In this document: positions 30,245-38,351 of the stretch, one piece after another
Layout of the letters: every line of letters starts with the position of its first letter
Numbering within the stretch: the first letter of the stretch is position 1
Assembly: GCA_019429185.1 (NCBI GenBank)
Contig: JAHYJH010000005.1
Coordinates: forward strand, 2,928-66,927
DNA from: Vicingaceae bacterium
GTDB lineage: Bacteria; Bacteroidota; Bacteroidia; Flavobacteriales_E; Vicingaceae
Direction: 5' to 3'
DNA length: 64,000 nucleotides
The notes under the pieces: generated by a model
What the model was told of the DNA's origin: nothing
The model's input: only the letters and a program-made list of their open reading frames with translations
Databases searched by the model: none
Translations under genes and position numbers: made by a program

Positions 30245-30724
30245 TTAATTTAATTCATTGTTTTTCAAATCATTTTGATTTACATTTTCATCTAAAAATG
30301 GGTCATTTGGATATTTATTTAGCATTTCTTTATTTAATTCAACATCATCAATTCCTTCGCCAAATAATTTTTGTTCTTCATCAGTAAAATTCCAATCTGA
30401 ATTGATAATTCCTTTGTTATATCTAATAGCTTTAAAAGCATAAATTCTAGCCAATCGAGAATGATGTAAGGCTCTAAAATAATTATTTTCAGTTAAAAGT
30501 TGCTTTGCAATTTGTTGGTGTTTCACTGCTTTAGACAAACTTTCTGTATAAACTTTGCTTTTTTGTGTTTGTTCATACGCATAGAAAACAACATTATTAG
30601 TTTTTTCTAAGGTATTCGTTATTGTTGCGTTTTCAGTGCTGTTTTTTGCAATTGTTACTTGTCCGAAAGAAAAATTGCTGCTAAAAATTAGTGCTAGAAG
30701 AATAGTAGTTGTAAGTGTTTTCAT
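30245..30724 (-). CDS. Secreted hypothetical protein
   Basis: Best start is MKTLTTTILLALIFSSNFSFGQ at 30724. The longer ORF to 30790 runs through the repeat element in an implausible frame. Confidence 0.55.
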   Translation of the reverse strand: MKTLTTTILLALIFSSNFSFGQVTIAKNSTENATITNTLEKTNNVVFYAYEQTQKSKVYTESLSKAVKHQQIAKQLLTENNYFRALHHSRLARIYAFKAIRYNKGIINSDWNFTDEEQKLFGEGIDDVELNKEMLNKYPNDPFLDENVNQNDLKNNELN

Positions 30725-30740
30725 ATGTAGATATTTATTA

Positions 30741-30826
30741 GCCCCCACTAACTCCCCCGAAGGGGGAGGATTTCCACCACACAAAGCCAATAATCATCAG
30801 CCTGTGTGTTAAATTATTTAGCATGG
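30741..30826 (-). repeat. GC-rich hairpin repeat, 5'-leader copy
   Basis: gcccccactaactcccccgaagggggaggatttccaccacacaaagccaataatcatcagcctgtgtgttaaattatttagcatgg. Confidence 0.85.
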
Positions 30827-30970
30827 ACGTTTCATGTGTTTATATTTATTGAATGTTAATACTATTGTAAATCAAATGTAATTTCAAAAATAACAATTAA
30901 ATTTTGGTTAATTCTTAAATTCATTATTTATTTAAACAAAACAATCATTTCAGTATATTTTGGGTAATCT

Positions 30971-30988
30971 ATACGTATATATACGTAT
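30971..30988. promoter_or_regulatory. Perfect 18-bp palindrome with 7-2-7 layout upstream of the NarL-type regulator gene
   Basis: atacgtatatatacgtat, read as TACGTAT-AT-ATACGTA. Its centre is about 59 bp upstream of the ATG at 31039. Confidence 0.4.
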
Positions 30989-31038
30989 TAAAATTGCAGT
31001 TTAATTCTTTATATTTGCTAGAAATATAATTTGATATT

Positions 31039-31692
31039 ATGGAACATATAAATGTATTTATTGTTGATGACCATGCTCTAATCAGGGAAGGTTATAAATT
31101 GATTTTAAAAAAATATAAAAGTGAAATTAACCTTGTAGGTGAAGCATCTAATGGTATAGAAGCGTTAGAATTTCTTGAAACCAACAACAATGTTGATGTT
31201 GTTTTATTAGACATTACTATGCCAGATATGGATGGCTTTGAACTATCAAAAATAATAATTGAGAAATACCCGTTAATTAAAATTTTAGTTCTAACCATGC
31301 ACAATGACGAACCTTATATTTTTAAAATGATTTCTTTAGGTATTCATGGCTATATTTTGAAAGACACCACACATACCGAACTTTTTATAGCAATAAAAAC
31401 AATTCATGAAGGAAAAAAATTCTATAGTAATGAGGTTTCTAGCATGATGCTTAATAGGTTGTTGCGTAAAAACGAAACTACAAAAAAAGAGGAAATATTA
31501 GAACTCACTTCAAAAGAGGTTGAAATTTTAACTTTAGTTGTTCAAGGGCTAACAAGTACTGAAATAGCTGAAAAATTACAAACAAGTAATAGAACGATTG
31601 AAGCCCACCGAAGAAGTGTTATGAAAAAAATTGATGTTAGGAATACTGCAGAGCTTGTGAGTTATGCCCTAAAAAATAATTTAGTAGCTTAA
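31039..31692 (+). CDS. NarL/FixJ-family response regulator (REC + LuxR-type HTH)
   Basis: IVDDH...LLDITMPDMDG receiver motifs. C-terminal LTSKEVEILTLVVQGLTSTEIAEKLQTSNRTIEAHRRSVMKKI. Confidence 0.9.
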   Translation: MEHINVFIVDDHALIREGYKLILKKYKSEINLVGEASNGIEALEFLETNNNVDVVLLDITMPDMDGFELSKIIIEKYPLIKILVLTMHNDEPYIFKMISLGIHGYILKDTTHTELFIAIKTIHEGKKFYSNEVSSMMLNRLLRKNETTKKEEILELTSKEVEILTLVVQGLTSTEIAEKLQTSNRTIEAHRRSVMKKIDVRNTAELVSYALKNNLVA

Positions 31693-31948
31693 AGTCTGTC
31701 TGTAAAGTCGGAAATCCGATGAAGAACGTCATTGCGAAGCCCAAGCGTTTGGATTGAGTGTTGGAGCTGAAGCAATCTGTCTAATCGAAAGACAGATTGC
31801 TTCGTGCCTCGCAATGACGGTAGCGATGGGCATGGGTGTGTCTTTATCTTCAGTTAGCAAAAGCTGCTGCAAAGTGTTGTTTTTTGCCAACTGTTGACTG
31901 AAGATTGAAAACTTAATTGTAAAAAGTAATACATTATGGACAAACACT
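31693..31948. mobile_element. MITE-like element with nested internal hairpins
   Basis: Ends agtctgtctgtaaagtc (31693-) and attatggacaaacact (-31948) match the termini of the 33480-33620 MITE and the IS remnant at 12414-12429. A solo terminus-like acctgtctgtaaagcc follows at 31956-31971. Confidence 0.45.
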
Positions 31949-31998
31949 AATCAGGACCTGTCTGTAAAGCCAAACTATCGCAATAGCTGGTTCAAACA

Positions 31999-33399
31999 CT
32001 AATTTAACTCTTTCTCTTCATCTAGTTTAAAAGGAAAAACAATATCAAAATTGGTATGTTTTCTTGGAATGCTTTCCATTGTTAGTTTCCCATCAAAAGA
32101 TTCTACCCGAGTTCTGATATTATTTAATCCATGTCCTTTTTGAAGATAAAGTGAATTTACTTCAAAACCAACACGATTATCTTTGAGTTTAAGTGTAACG
32201 GTTTCTTCATTATAAATTAAGTCAATGTTAATTTCTGACAAATTTCCTCCATGTTTAATGGAGTTAGCAACAAACTCTTGAATAATTCTAAAAATAGCTA
32301 TTTCTAACGATTTTGTAAGTGCTGGAAAATGATTTGAATACCTAAATTTAACGTCTAATGTGGCAGTTCTTGTTTTTTTAGTTAAATCATCAATAGCTTT
32401 TATCAACCCATTATCAAATAAAACTAATGGGAGCGTGTTATAGCATATCTTTCTCAAATCCTTAATCGTACCTGAAAGTATAGACGAAATTTTTGCTAAA
32501 TCAGAATCATCTTTTGTTGTTGATTCGGTAAACACATCTAAATGCATTCGAAGGGCAGCTAATTGCTGACCTAATCCATCATGTAAATCCCTAGAAATTC
32601 GCTCTCGTTCTTTTTCTTGAGCTTCTATGGTTGTTTTCAACAGAAGTTGATTGAGTTTGTTTCGTTCTGTGAAATCTTTAATAATCGCCTGAAAACTGAT
32701 AATCTTTCCATAATTATCTCGAATAGCATTAATAGTTATTAAACAATCTTTAGTTGTATTATTTTTACCTAAAACTTGACATTGAAAATCTTTAATAGAG
32801 TCATTACTTTCTAATTTTTGAATGATGTAATTTGTGCTTGACTTATATTTCAAAAGCGAATTAAAACTTCTGTGGTGTAAATTATTTTCTTTATTTGTTT
32901 TTACAAAATCTAGCGTTGCCTTGTTGTAATCAATAATTCTTCCTTTTAAATCAAATGTTAGAATTGGGTCTGATGATTCTGTAAAAATTCGTTGATATTT
33001 CAAATTCAACTTATTGTTTTGTTCTTTTAACAAATAAAGTTGATAGGCATTTTCTATGGTTAATTTCAGATCAAAATCATGCCATGGTTTAGTGATGTAT
33101 CTATAAACCTGACCTTTATTGATAGCATCAATTACTGAATTAATATCGGAATAAGCGGTAACTAAAATTCGAATTGGATTGGGATGAGTTTCTAGTATAG
33201 ACTCAAAGAAATCAACACCACTTGCCTCTGGCATACGTTGGTCTGACAAAATAACTTCAATTTCATGTTGATTTAAAATTTGCTTTGCTTCGGCTGCTGT
33301 TCTGGCTATATAAATATTAAATATTCTTCGAAAAGAAGCCTGAAAAGCTTTTAAATTCAGTATTTGATCATCTATATAGAGTACATTTATTTTTTCCAT
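31999..33399 (-). CDS. Hybrid REC-PAS-histidine kinase (HisKA_3 / NarX-DegS type)
   Basis: N-terminal receiver (ILSDQRMP, LVTAY, ITKPW), a central PAS-like region, H-box RISRDLHDGLGQQL, and a C-terminal ATPase (HGLNNIRTRVESFDGKL). Confidence 0.85.
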   Translation of the reverse strand: MEKINVLYIDDQILNLKAFQASFRRIFNIYIARTAAEAKQILNQHEIEVILSDQRMPEASGVDFFESILETHPNPIRILVTAYSDINSVIDAINKGQVYRYITKPWHDFDLKLTIENAYQLYLLKEQNNKLNLKYQRIFTESSDPILTFDLKGRIIDYNKATLDFVKTNKENNLHHRSFNSLLKYKSSTNYIIQKLESNDSIKDFQCQVLGKNNTTKDCLITINAIRDNYGKIISFQAIIKDFTERNKLNQLLLKTTIEAQEKERERISRDLHDGLGQQLAALRMHLDVFTESTTKDDSDLAKISSILSGTIKDLRKICYNTLPLVLFDNGLIKAIDDLTKKTRTATLDVKFRYSNHFPALTKSLEIAIFRIIQEFVANSIKHGGNLSEINIDLIYNEETVTLKLKDNRVGFEVNSLYLQKGHGLNNIRTRVESFDGKLTMESIPRKHTNFDIVFPFKLDEEKELN

Positions 33400-33427
33400 A
33401 ATAAAGAGGTTTTACAATTTGTTATTA

Positions 33428-33479
33428 GCCCCCTAAATCCCCCGAAGGGGGACTTTGCTATCGCACAGAGCCTATTTAG
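33428..33479 (-). repeat. GC-rich hairpin repeat, 5'-leader copy (interrupted by a MITE at its distal end)
   Basis: gccccctaaatcccccgaagggggactttgctatcgcacagagcctatttag is collinear with 39271-39321. Confidence 0.85.
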
Positions 33480-33620
33480 AGTCTGTCTGTAAAGTCCAAC
33501 TTCTTCGTTATTCTCGTTTTAAAAACCAGTCATTTACAAAAGTAAACTCCTGATTTTCAAAACTTCGAAAGCCTCGAATTTGAACTTTACAGTTCAGCCT
33601 CTCGACTTTATGGACAGACT
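33480..33620. mobile_element. 141-bp MITE with 17-19 bp terminal inverted repeats and an 8-bp flanking duplication
   Basis: Left TIR agtctgtctgtaaagtc, right TIR gactttatggacagact. Flanked by ctatttag (33472-33479) and ctatttag (33621-33628). The paralogous empty site at 39312-39325 has a single ctatttag. Confidence 0.7.
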
Positions 33621-33635
33621 CTATTTAGTTAATGG

Positions 33636-33690
33636 TTATTTGTTTTTTGTTTTTTGTTATTTGTTTTTTGTTATTTGTTTTTTGTTATTA
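33636..33690. repeat. (TTDTTTG) heptamer tract, about 7.8 copies
   Basis: ttatttg ttttttg ttttttg ttatttg ttttttg ttatttg ttttttg. It overlaps the last 11 codons of the 7TMR-DISM kinase gene. Confidence 0.9.
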
Positions 33691-35786
33691 ATAGGTAAAC
33701 TTATTTTAAATTCCGTTCCTATGCCAAGTTCACTAGATATTTCAATAGTTGCATTATGTTTTTTAATTATTCCAAAAACTATCGAAAGCCCTAGTCCTGT
33801 TCCCTCTCCTACATCTTTGGTTGTAAAAAATGGGTCATACATTTTTTGTTTAGTTTGTTCATTCATACCAACGCCATTGTCTTTTATAGTTAGTACAACT
33901 TCATTTTCTTTGGCAACTGTTTTAACTTCAATTTCTCCTTCTGTTAATGGGATTCCTTTTTTCTTGATAGCAAAAATGGCATTATCAACAATGTTTAAAA
34001 CCAGTTGGTTAATTTTTCCAGGGTAACATTCTATTTGAGGTAAATTTTCTAATTTTTTAGTCAATTTGATGTCTCCTATTTTACTTTTTAGTAAAAGTAA
34101 GGTTGAATTAATTCCTTCATTTACATCAGCCAATTTCAAGTCGCTTTCATCTAAGCGTGAAAAATTACGTAAACCACTCACAATTTCAGCAGTACGTTTT
34201 GCTCCATCTTCAATTCCATGAATAATTCCATCCAATTCTTTTAACAGGTAATCGTATTGAAGTTCTTCTTTTAATTGTTCTATTTCCTCCAATTTTTCGG
34301 TTAGATTAGAACTGGTATTTATTTCTGCATATTTATTTAAGATTGCTTTAATATCCTTAATATCTTCGCGTAATGGATAAATATTTGAAGTAATAAAATT
34401 AATAGGATTGTTCACTTCATGAGCTATTCCTGCGGTTAGCTGACCCAATGAAGCCATTTTTTCGGCTTCCACCAATTGCGTTTGGGTTTGTTTAAGATTA
34501 TGCAATGTTTCATTAAGTGACTTAGTACGTTCAACTACTTGTTGTTCTAACATAATGTTTTGTTCTCTAACCAAACGCTCCTTTTCTTCTATTGCTTCTA
34601 ATCGTTCTTTTTTATAGATGTTGATTCTGGCTGCTAATGCAAAGGAAAGGAGTACGGTTTCTGTTGCTGCACCTATTTGCATAAAGTTATTTGTTAAATT
34701 GTTATAAGGAAGAACTCCTATGTCTTTTAATACCCATAAAAATATACCTATCAAAAATACTGACCATGCAATTAAAAAATATTTTGCGGGAGGATAACCT
34801 TTTTTACTTATCAAAAATGCAAATACTAACATTAGGAGAGCAACAACCATTGCATTAATTTCCATTATTATATAACTTACTTTATATACACCAATTATAG
34901 AAAGGGTGATAACTATTAGATAAATAACTATTATTGGTTTAAATATCTTTCTTGCTAAGGGTAAAAACTCTTTTGTTTTCAAAAAATTATTAAAAAAAAT
35001 TATCCCTGAAATTCCAACTAAAGAAGGTAATAAAAACATTGAATGTATTGCTAACCATGAAGAATTTGGCCAAAAATACTGAAAGGTAAATCCTTTAGGA
35101 CAAAGCTGAGTGAGCATCAAAATAAATATATATATCACATAATAAATATAACTCGTATCCTTTGTTGAAACAAATACAAAGAAATTATAAAAAATCATCA
35201 CCATCATGACTCCAAAAAAAATTGAAGAATAAAATGTAAAATCAATTGAACGTTCAGATATGGATAATAAACTACCAACAAAAATTGGTACTTGAATTTG
35301 TTCCGTACTTTTAATTTTTAAGAAATAAGTTTTTGTTTCTTTTGGTTCTATATTTAAGTCAAATATATAGTTGGTAAACAAATATTTTCTATTATAAAAA
35401 GGCACCGATTCCCCTATCTTAACAACACTATTAATTTTATAATCGTAAAACTCTACTTCATCCATTATTGGATGTGCAAGTTCTAACAATAGTTTTTTTT
35501 CGCTCTCGTTTTTAATTATTATTTTCAGCCAAAAAGCAGAATTAGTTATACCAAAATTTGGAACATCTTTTTGTGATAACTTAAAATCATTAGATTGAAT
35601 GACTTCTTCAATCTCTAAATTATTAGTTTTATCTTCTAGATAATGAATTTTTTTTCCAATTAATTTATTATAACTTAACCCATCTACCTCAAGTATTACA
35701 TTATTTGAAGAATAAATTATTGTTGGGTAAATTCCTAAAAAAATTACCATCAACAAATAACAATATTTAGTGTGCTTGAATAACAT
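33657..35786 (-). CDS. 7TMR-DISM sensor histidine kinase
   Basis: Signal peptide, an extracellular DISMED2-like domain, seven TM helices, a coiled coil, H-box AGIAHEVNNPINF, and the ATPase G-box GTGLGLSIV. Confidence 0.85.
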   Translation of the reverse strand: MLFKHTKYCYLLMVIFLGIYPTIIYSSNNVILEVDGLSYNKLIGKKIHYLEDKTNNLEIEEVIQSNDFKLSQKDVPNFGITNSAFWLKIIIKNESEKKLLLELAHPIMDEVEFYDYKINSVVKIGESVPFYNRKYLFTNYIFDLNIEPKETKTYFLKIKSTEQIQVPIFVGSLLSISERSIDFTFYSSIFFGVMMVMIFYNFFVFVSTKDTSYIYYVIYIFILMLTQLCPKGFTFQYFWPNSSWLAIHSMFLLPSLVGISGIIFFNNFLKTKEFLPLARKIFKPIIVIYLIVITLSIIGVYKVSYIIMEINAMVVALLMLVFAFLISKKGYPPAKYFLIAWSVFLIGIFLWVLKDIGVLPYNNLTNNFMQIGAATETVLLSFALAARINIYKKERLEAIEEKERLVREQNIMLEQQVVERTKSLNETLHNLKQTQTQLVEAEKMASLGQLTAGIAHEVNNPINFITSNIYPLREDIKDIKAILNKYAEINTSSNLTEKLEEIEQLKEELQYDYLLKELDGIIHGIEDGAKRTAEIVSGLRNFSRLDESDLKLADVNEGINSTLLLLKSKIGDIKLTKKLENLPQIECYPGKINQLVLNIVDNAIFAIKKKGIPLTEGEIEVKTVAKENEVVLTIKDNGVGMNEQTKQKMYDPFFTTKDVGEGTGLGLSIVFGIIKKHNATIEISSELGIGTEFKISLPINNKKQITKNK

Positions 35787-36489
35787 TATTATTTTTTGTA
35801 ATATTTAATTCTAAATTATAATTAACTGTAAATAATCCTTTTTTACCTATTTCTTCTCTTTGTTGAATAAGATTATTTCTAAGACCTAACATTCTTTCTT
35901 TGTCATAAGGTTGAGCTGTTTCTAGTGTATAAGCATTCATAATTCCTAATACTCTTGTAATATATTCATCGGTAGGATATGGAAACTCCCCATTATTGCC
36001 TAAAGATTTATCTATAACAAACCCAACATTAGTAAACATTTTTAAAGAATACTCCGCACAAATACCCATTAAAGTTTTAAATTCTAGTTGATTAACAATC
36101 GAAATTGCCGTTCGAGTCAGAATAAAACTAATACCCACTCCTGCAATTTCTTTTGAGTTCCATAATCCACATAATTCCCCAACACCCTCATCAAAATATT
36201 TCTTAACCATATCATGAATACCCTTATCCATAGAACTTATAGCATCCTCAACAGGTAATGGTATTTTTCCATCTGCTATTTGTAATCTTATACCTCCAAC
36301 CATTTTTATATTTTCCTCTAACTCAGCAACAACACAATAAACATTAGGGTTATATTGCCAACTAGGTTTACTTGATGTAACCATTGGAACGCCATAATCT
36401 TTCAATACCTTTGTATGACCCTCAATATATTCCTCACAAGAAATAGGATCTTCAATAGCTCTAAATACTCTTACTTTATACATAATCAA
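35767..36489 (-). CDS. Conserved-looking 240-aa protein, tentatively GNAT-fold acyltransferase-like
   Basis: Clean ORF that overlaps the kinase start by 20 nt. The segment GELCGLWNSKEIAGVGISFILTR resembles a GNAT motif A region. The assignment is weak. Confidence 0.6.
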   Translation of the reverse strand: MIMYKVRVFRAIEDPISCEEYIEGHTKVLKDYGVPMVTSSKPSWQYNPNVYCVVAELEENIKMVGGIRLQIADGKIPLPVEDAISSMDKGIHDMVKKYFDEGVGELCGLWNSKEIAGVGISFILTRTAISIVNQLEFKTLMGICAEYSLKMFTNVGFVIDKSLGNNGEFPYPTDEYITRVLGIMNAYTLETAQPYDKERMLGLRNNLIQQREEIGKKGLFTVNYNLELNITKNNNVIQAH

Positions 36490-36523
36490 GTTATTCCATT
36501 CTAAAATCTATAACATTTTACAT

Positions 36524-37642
36524 TTAATATATAATTTTCTCTAAATCAATAAAAAATCGACCTGAACTCATTGATTTATTTAATAATAATCTTCTACAAA
36601 CATTACATACAATTGCCCCCCCCATTACCACGCAAGAACCTAATTGAGGCCATGTAGTAATAGTTTTTGATATTTCCACCATTGATATTTTTAATTCATC
36701 AGACATAGTTTCTTTACCAATAATTGCTTCTACAATTGGTGCTTTTTCTTTATTTGTATGTAAATCATTAATCTTTTCAATATTGATGTCATTTATTAAT
36801 CCATGAAAAATAGCTCTATTATTTTCTTTATCAAATCTCTCTATGTCATTCATACCTCTATCACTCGTTGTCATCACCACAGGAATTCCAAGTTGCTTTG
36901 CTTTTTGCCGTGCTTCAATTTTGGTGGTTAACCCATCGCAAACTTCTATGCAAATGTCTAATTTCCCATCTTTGGTAAAAAAATCAGTTATGTTTTCATC
37001 TGTGAGTCCATCATGATAGCATGTAACTTTAAGGTAAGGGTCAATTTCGGCAATTTCTCGGGCTACAACTACGGTTTTTTTCACATTGAAATGATGAACG
37101 CCTGTTTGTATTCTATTCAAATTTGAAAGTTCAATCACATCAAAATCGGCTAAGACTAATTCTCCACAAATACGTTCTAAAGCAATTGTCATTGCAATGG
37201 CTTTTCCAACAGAAAGTCCAATAATTCCAATTTTTTTTGTGCTTAGTGTAATTTCTTCTTCGGGCGTAATTTTATATTGATTTCTATTCGTTCTAACTTC
37301 TACAAATTCGGCTTCATCTAACAAATGTACTAACGTATTTTTCCATGGATAATATACCCAAACCCCATATTCTTCTAAGGGTTGATTATTTAGATATGCT
37401 GAAATTTTACGTTCTAATTCATCGGAAGAAAATTTAATTTTTGGGTAACGTAATTTTATTAATTCCTGAAGTTGACTTTGAATTTCATCCAAAATGCAGA
37501 TTTGCGGTTGATTGTCAATTAATTCTTCTAATTTTTGCCTTTCAAGTGAATTTGATAATTTAAAAAAAATGGGTTTAACAACTGCATTAATTAAGTGATT
37601 ATCAGTTACTTTAAGTTTTTTAATTTGTTCTGTAAAATGCAT
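36524..37642 (-). CDS. ThiF/MoeB/E1-like adenylyltransferase-family protein with N-terminal extension
   Basis: IGIIGLSVGKAIAMTIA nucleotide-binding loop followed by ADFDVIELSNLNRIQ (the ThiF-family DxD..SNLNR motif). Confidence 0.8.
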   Translation of the reverse strand: MHFTEQIKKLKVTDNHLINAVVKPIFFKLSNSLERQKLEELIDNQPQICILDEIQSQLQELIKLRYPKIKFSSDELERKISAYLNNQPLEEYGVWVYYPWKNTLVHLLDEAEFVEVRTNRNQYKITPEEEITLSTKKIGIIGLSVGKAIAMTIALERICGELVLADFDVIELSNLNRIQTGVHHFNVKKTVVVAREIAEIDPYLKVTCYHDGLTDENITDFFTKDGKLDICIEVCDGLTTKIEARQKAKQLGIPVVMTTSDRGMNDIERFDKENNRAIFHGLINDINIEKINDLHTNKEKAPIVEAIIGKETMSDELKISMVEISKTITTWPQLGSCVVMGGAIVCNVCRRLLLNKSMSSGRFFIDLEKIIY

Positions 37643-37731
37643 AATTAAATCAATAAAAATTTATATAGTTTTAGCATTTAATATTACAAATTTAACTAAC
37701 ATCATTTTATAGGTAAAGTTTGTAAATTATA

Positions 37732-37747
37732 TAGGTAAAATTACCTA
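37732..37747. promoter_or_regulatory. 7-2-7 inverted repeat in the divergent promoter region
   Basis: TAGGTAA-AA-TTACCTA. A direct repeat of tataggtaaa sits at 37708-37717 and 37730-37739. Confidence 0.4.
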
Positions 37748-37795
37748 CGCTTTTAATCTAAATTAAATTTACTAATTTTATAAAAAAAAAATAAA

Positions 37796-38281
37796 ATGAA
37801 AACTTCTGATAAAATTCAAAATTCAAAAATAAACATACTCTATATTGATGATGAAGAAGAAAATCTAGCTTCATTCAAGGCTACTTTCAGACGATTTTTC
37901 ACAATTCACACAGCAAATTCAGCAAAAAAAGGTGAAAAAATTTTAGCTAAAAACGATATTGCAATTATCCTTACGGATCAACGTATGCCCGAAAAAACAG
38001 GTGTGGAATTTTTAGAATCAATTATTGAAAAATATCCCGATTCTATACGGATTTTGGTTACAGGTTATTCTGATATTGACGCTGTTGTTGATGCTGTTAA
38101 TAAAGGACAAATTTATAAATACATTCAAAAACCATGGGAAACTGAGTATATGAAAAATCTTTTAAATAAAGCCTATGAAGTATATTGTTTACGTAAAGAA
38201 AATAAAGAATTATTGTATCATATTAGAAACGTAAATGCACAATTGGAATTTATGCTGCGACAAAAACTAAGTTCGTTATAA
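37796..38281 (+). CDS. Stand-alone response-regulator receiver protein
   Basis: Paralogous to the REC domain of 31999..33399 (ILTDQRMPEKTG, LVTGYSD, IQKPW). No output domain. Confidence 0.85.
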   Translation: MKTSDKIQNSKINILYIDDEEENLASFKATFRRFFTIHTANSAKKGEKILAKNDIAIILTDQRMPEKTGVEFLESIIEKYPDSIRILVTGYSDIDAVVDAVNKGQIYKYIQKPWETEYMKNLLNKAYEVYCLRKENKELLYHIRNVNAQLEFMLRQKLSSL

Positions 38282-38351
38282 AAAAAATGGTCACTTCAAG
38301 TAGCCCGAAGCATGAGGGAGTATCGAGAAGTTGATAGTTTTAAAAAGCGTT

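Noticed and set aside
30725-30790. N-terminal extension MALCGGNPPPSGELVGANKYLH of ORF 30245..30790
   Set aside because: It reads through the GC hairpin repeat in a frame different from the signal-peptide-like frame. The internal Met at 30724 gives a canonical signal peptide.
31729-31947. ORF 31729..31947(-), 72 aa
   Set aside because: It lies entirely inside the MITE-like element and spans its inverted repeats. It has no start context.
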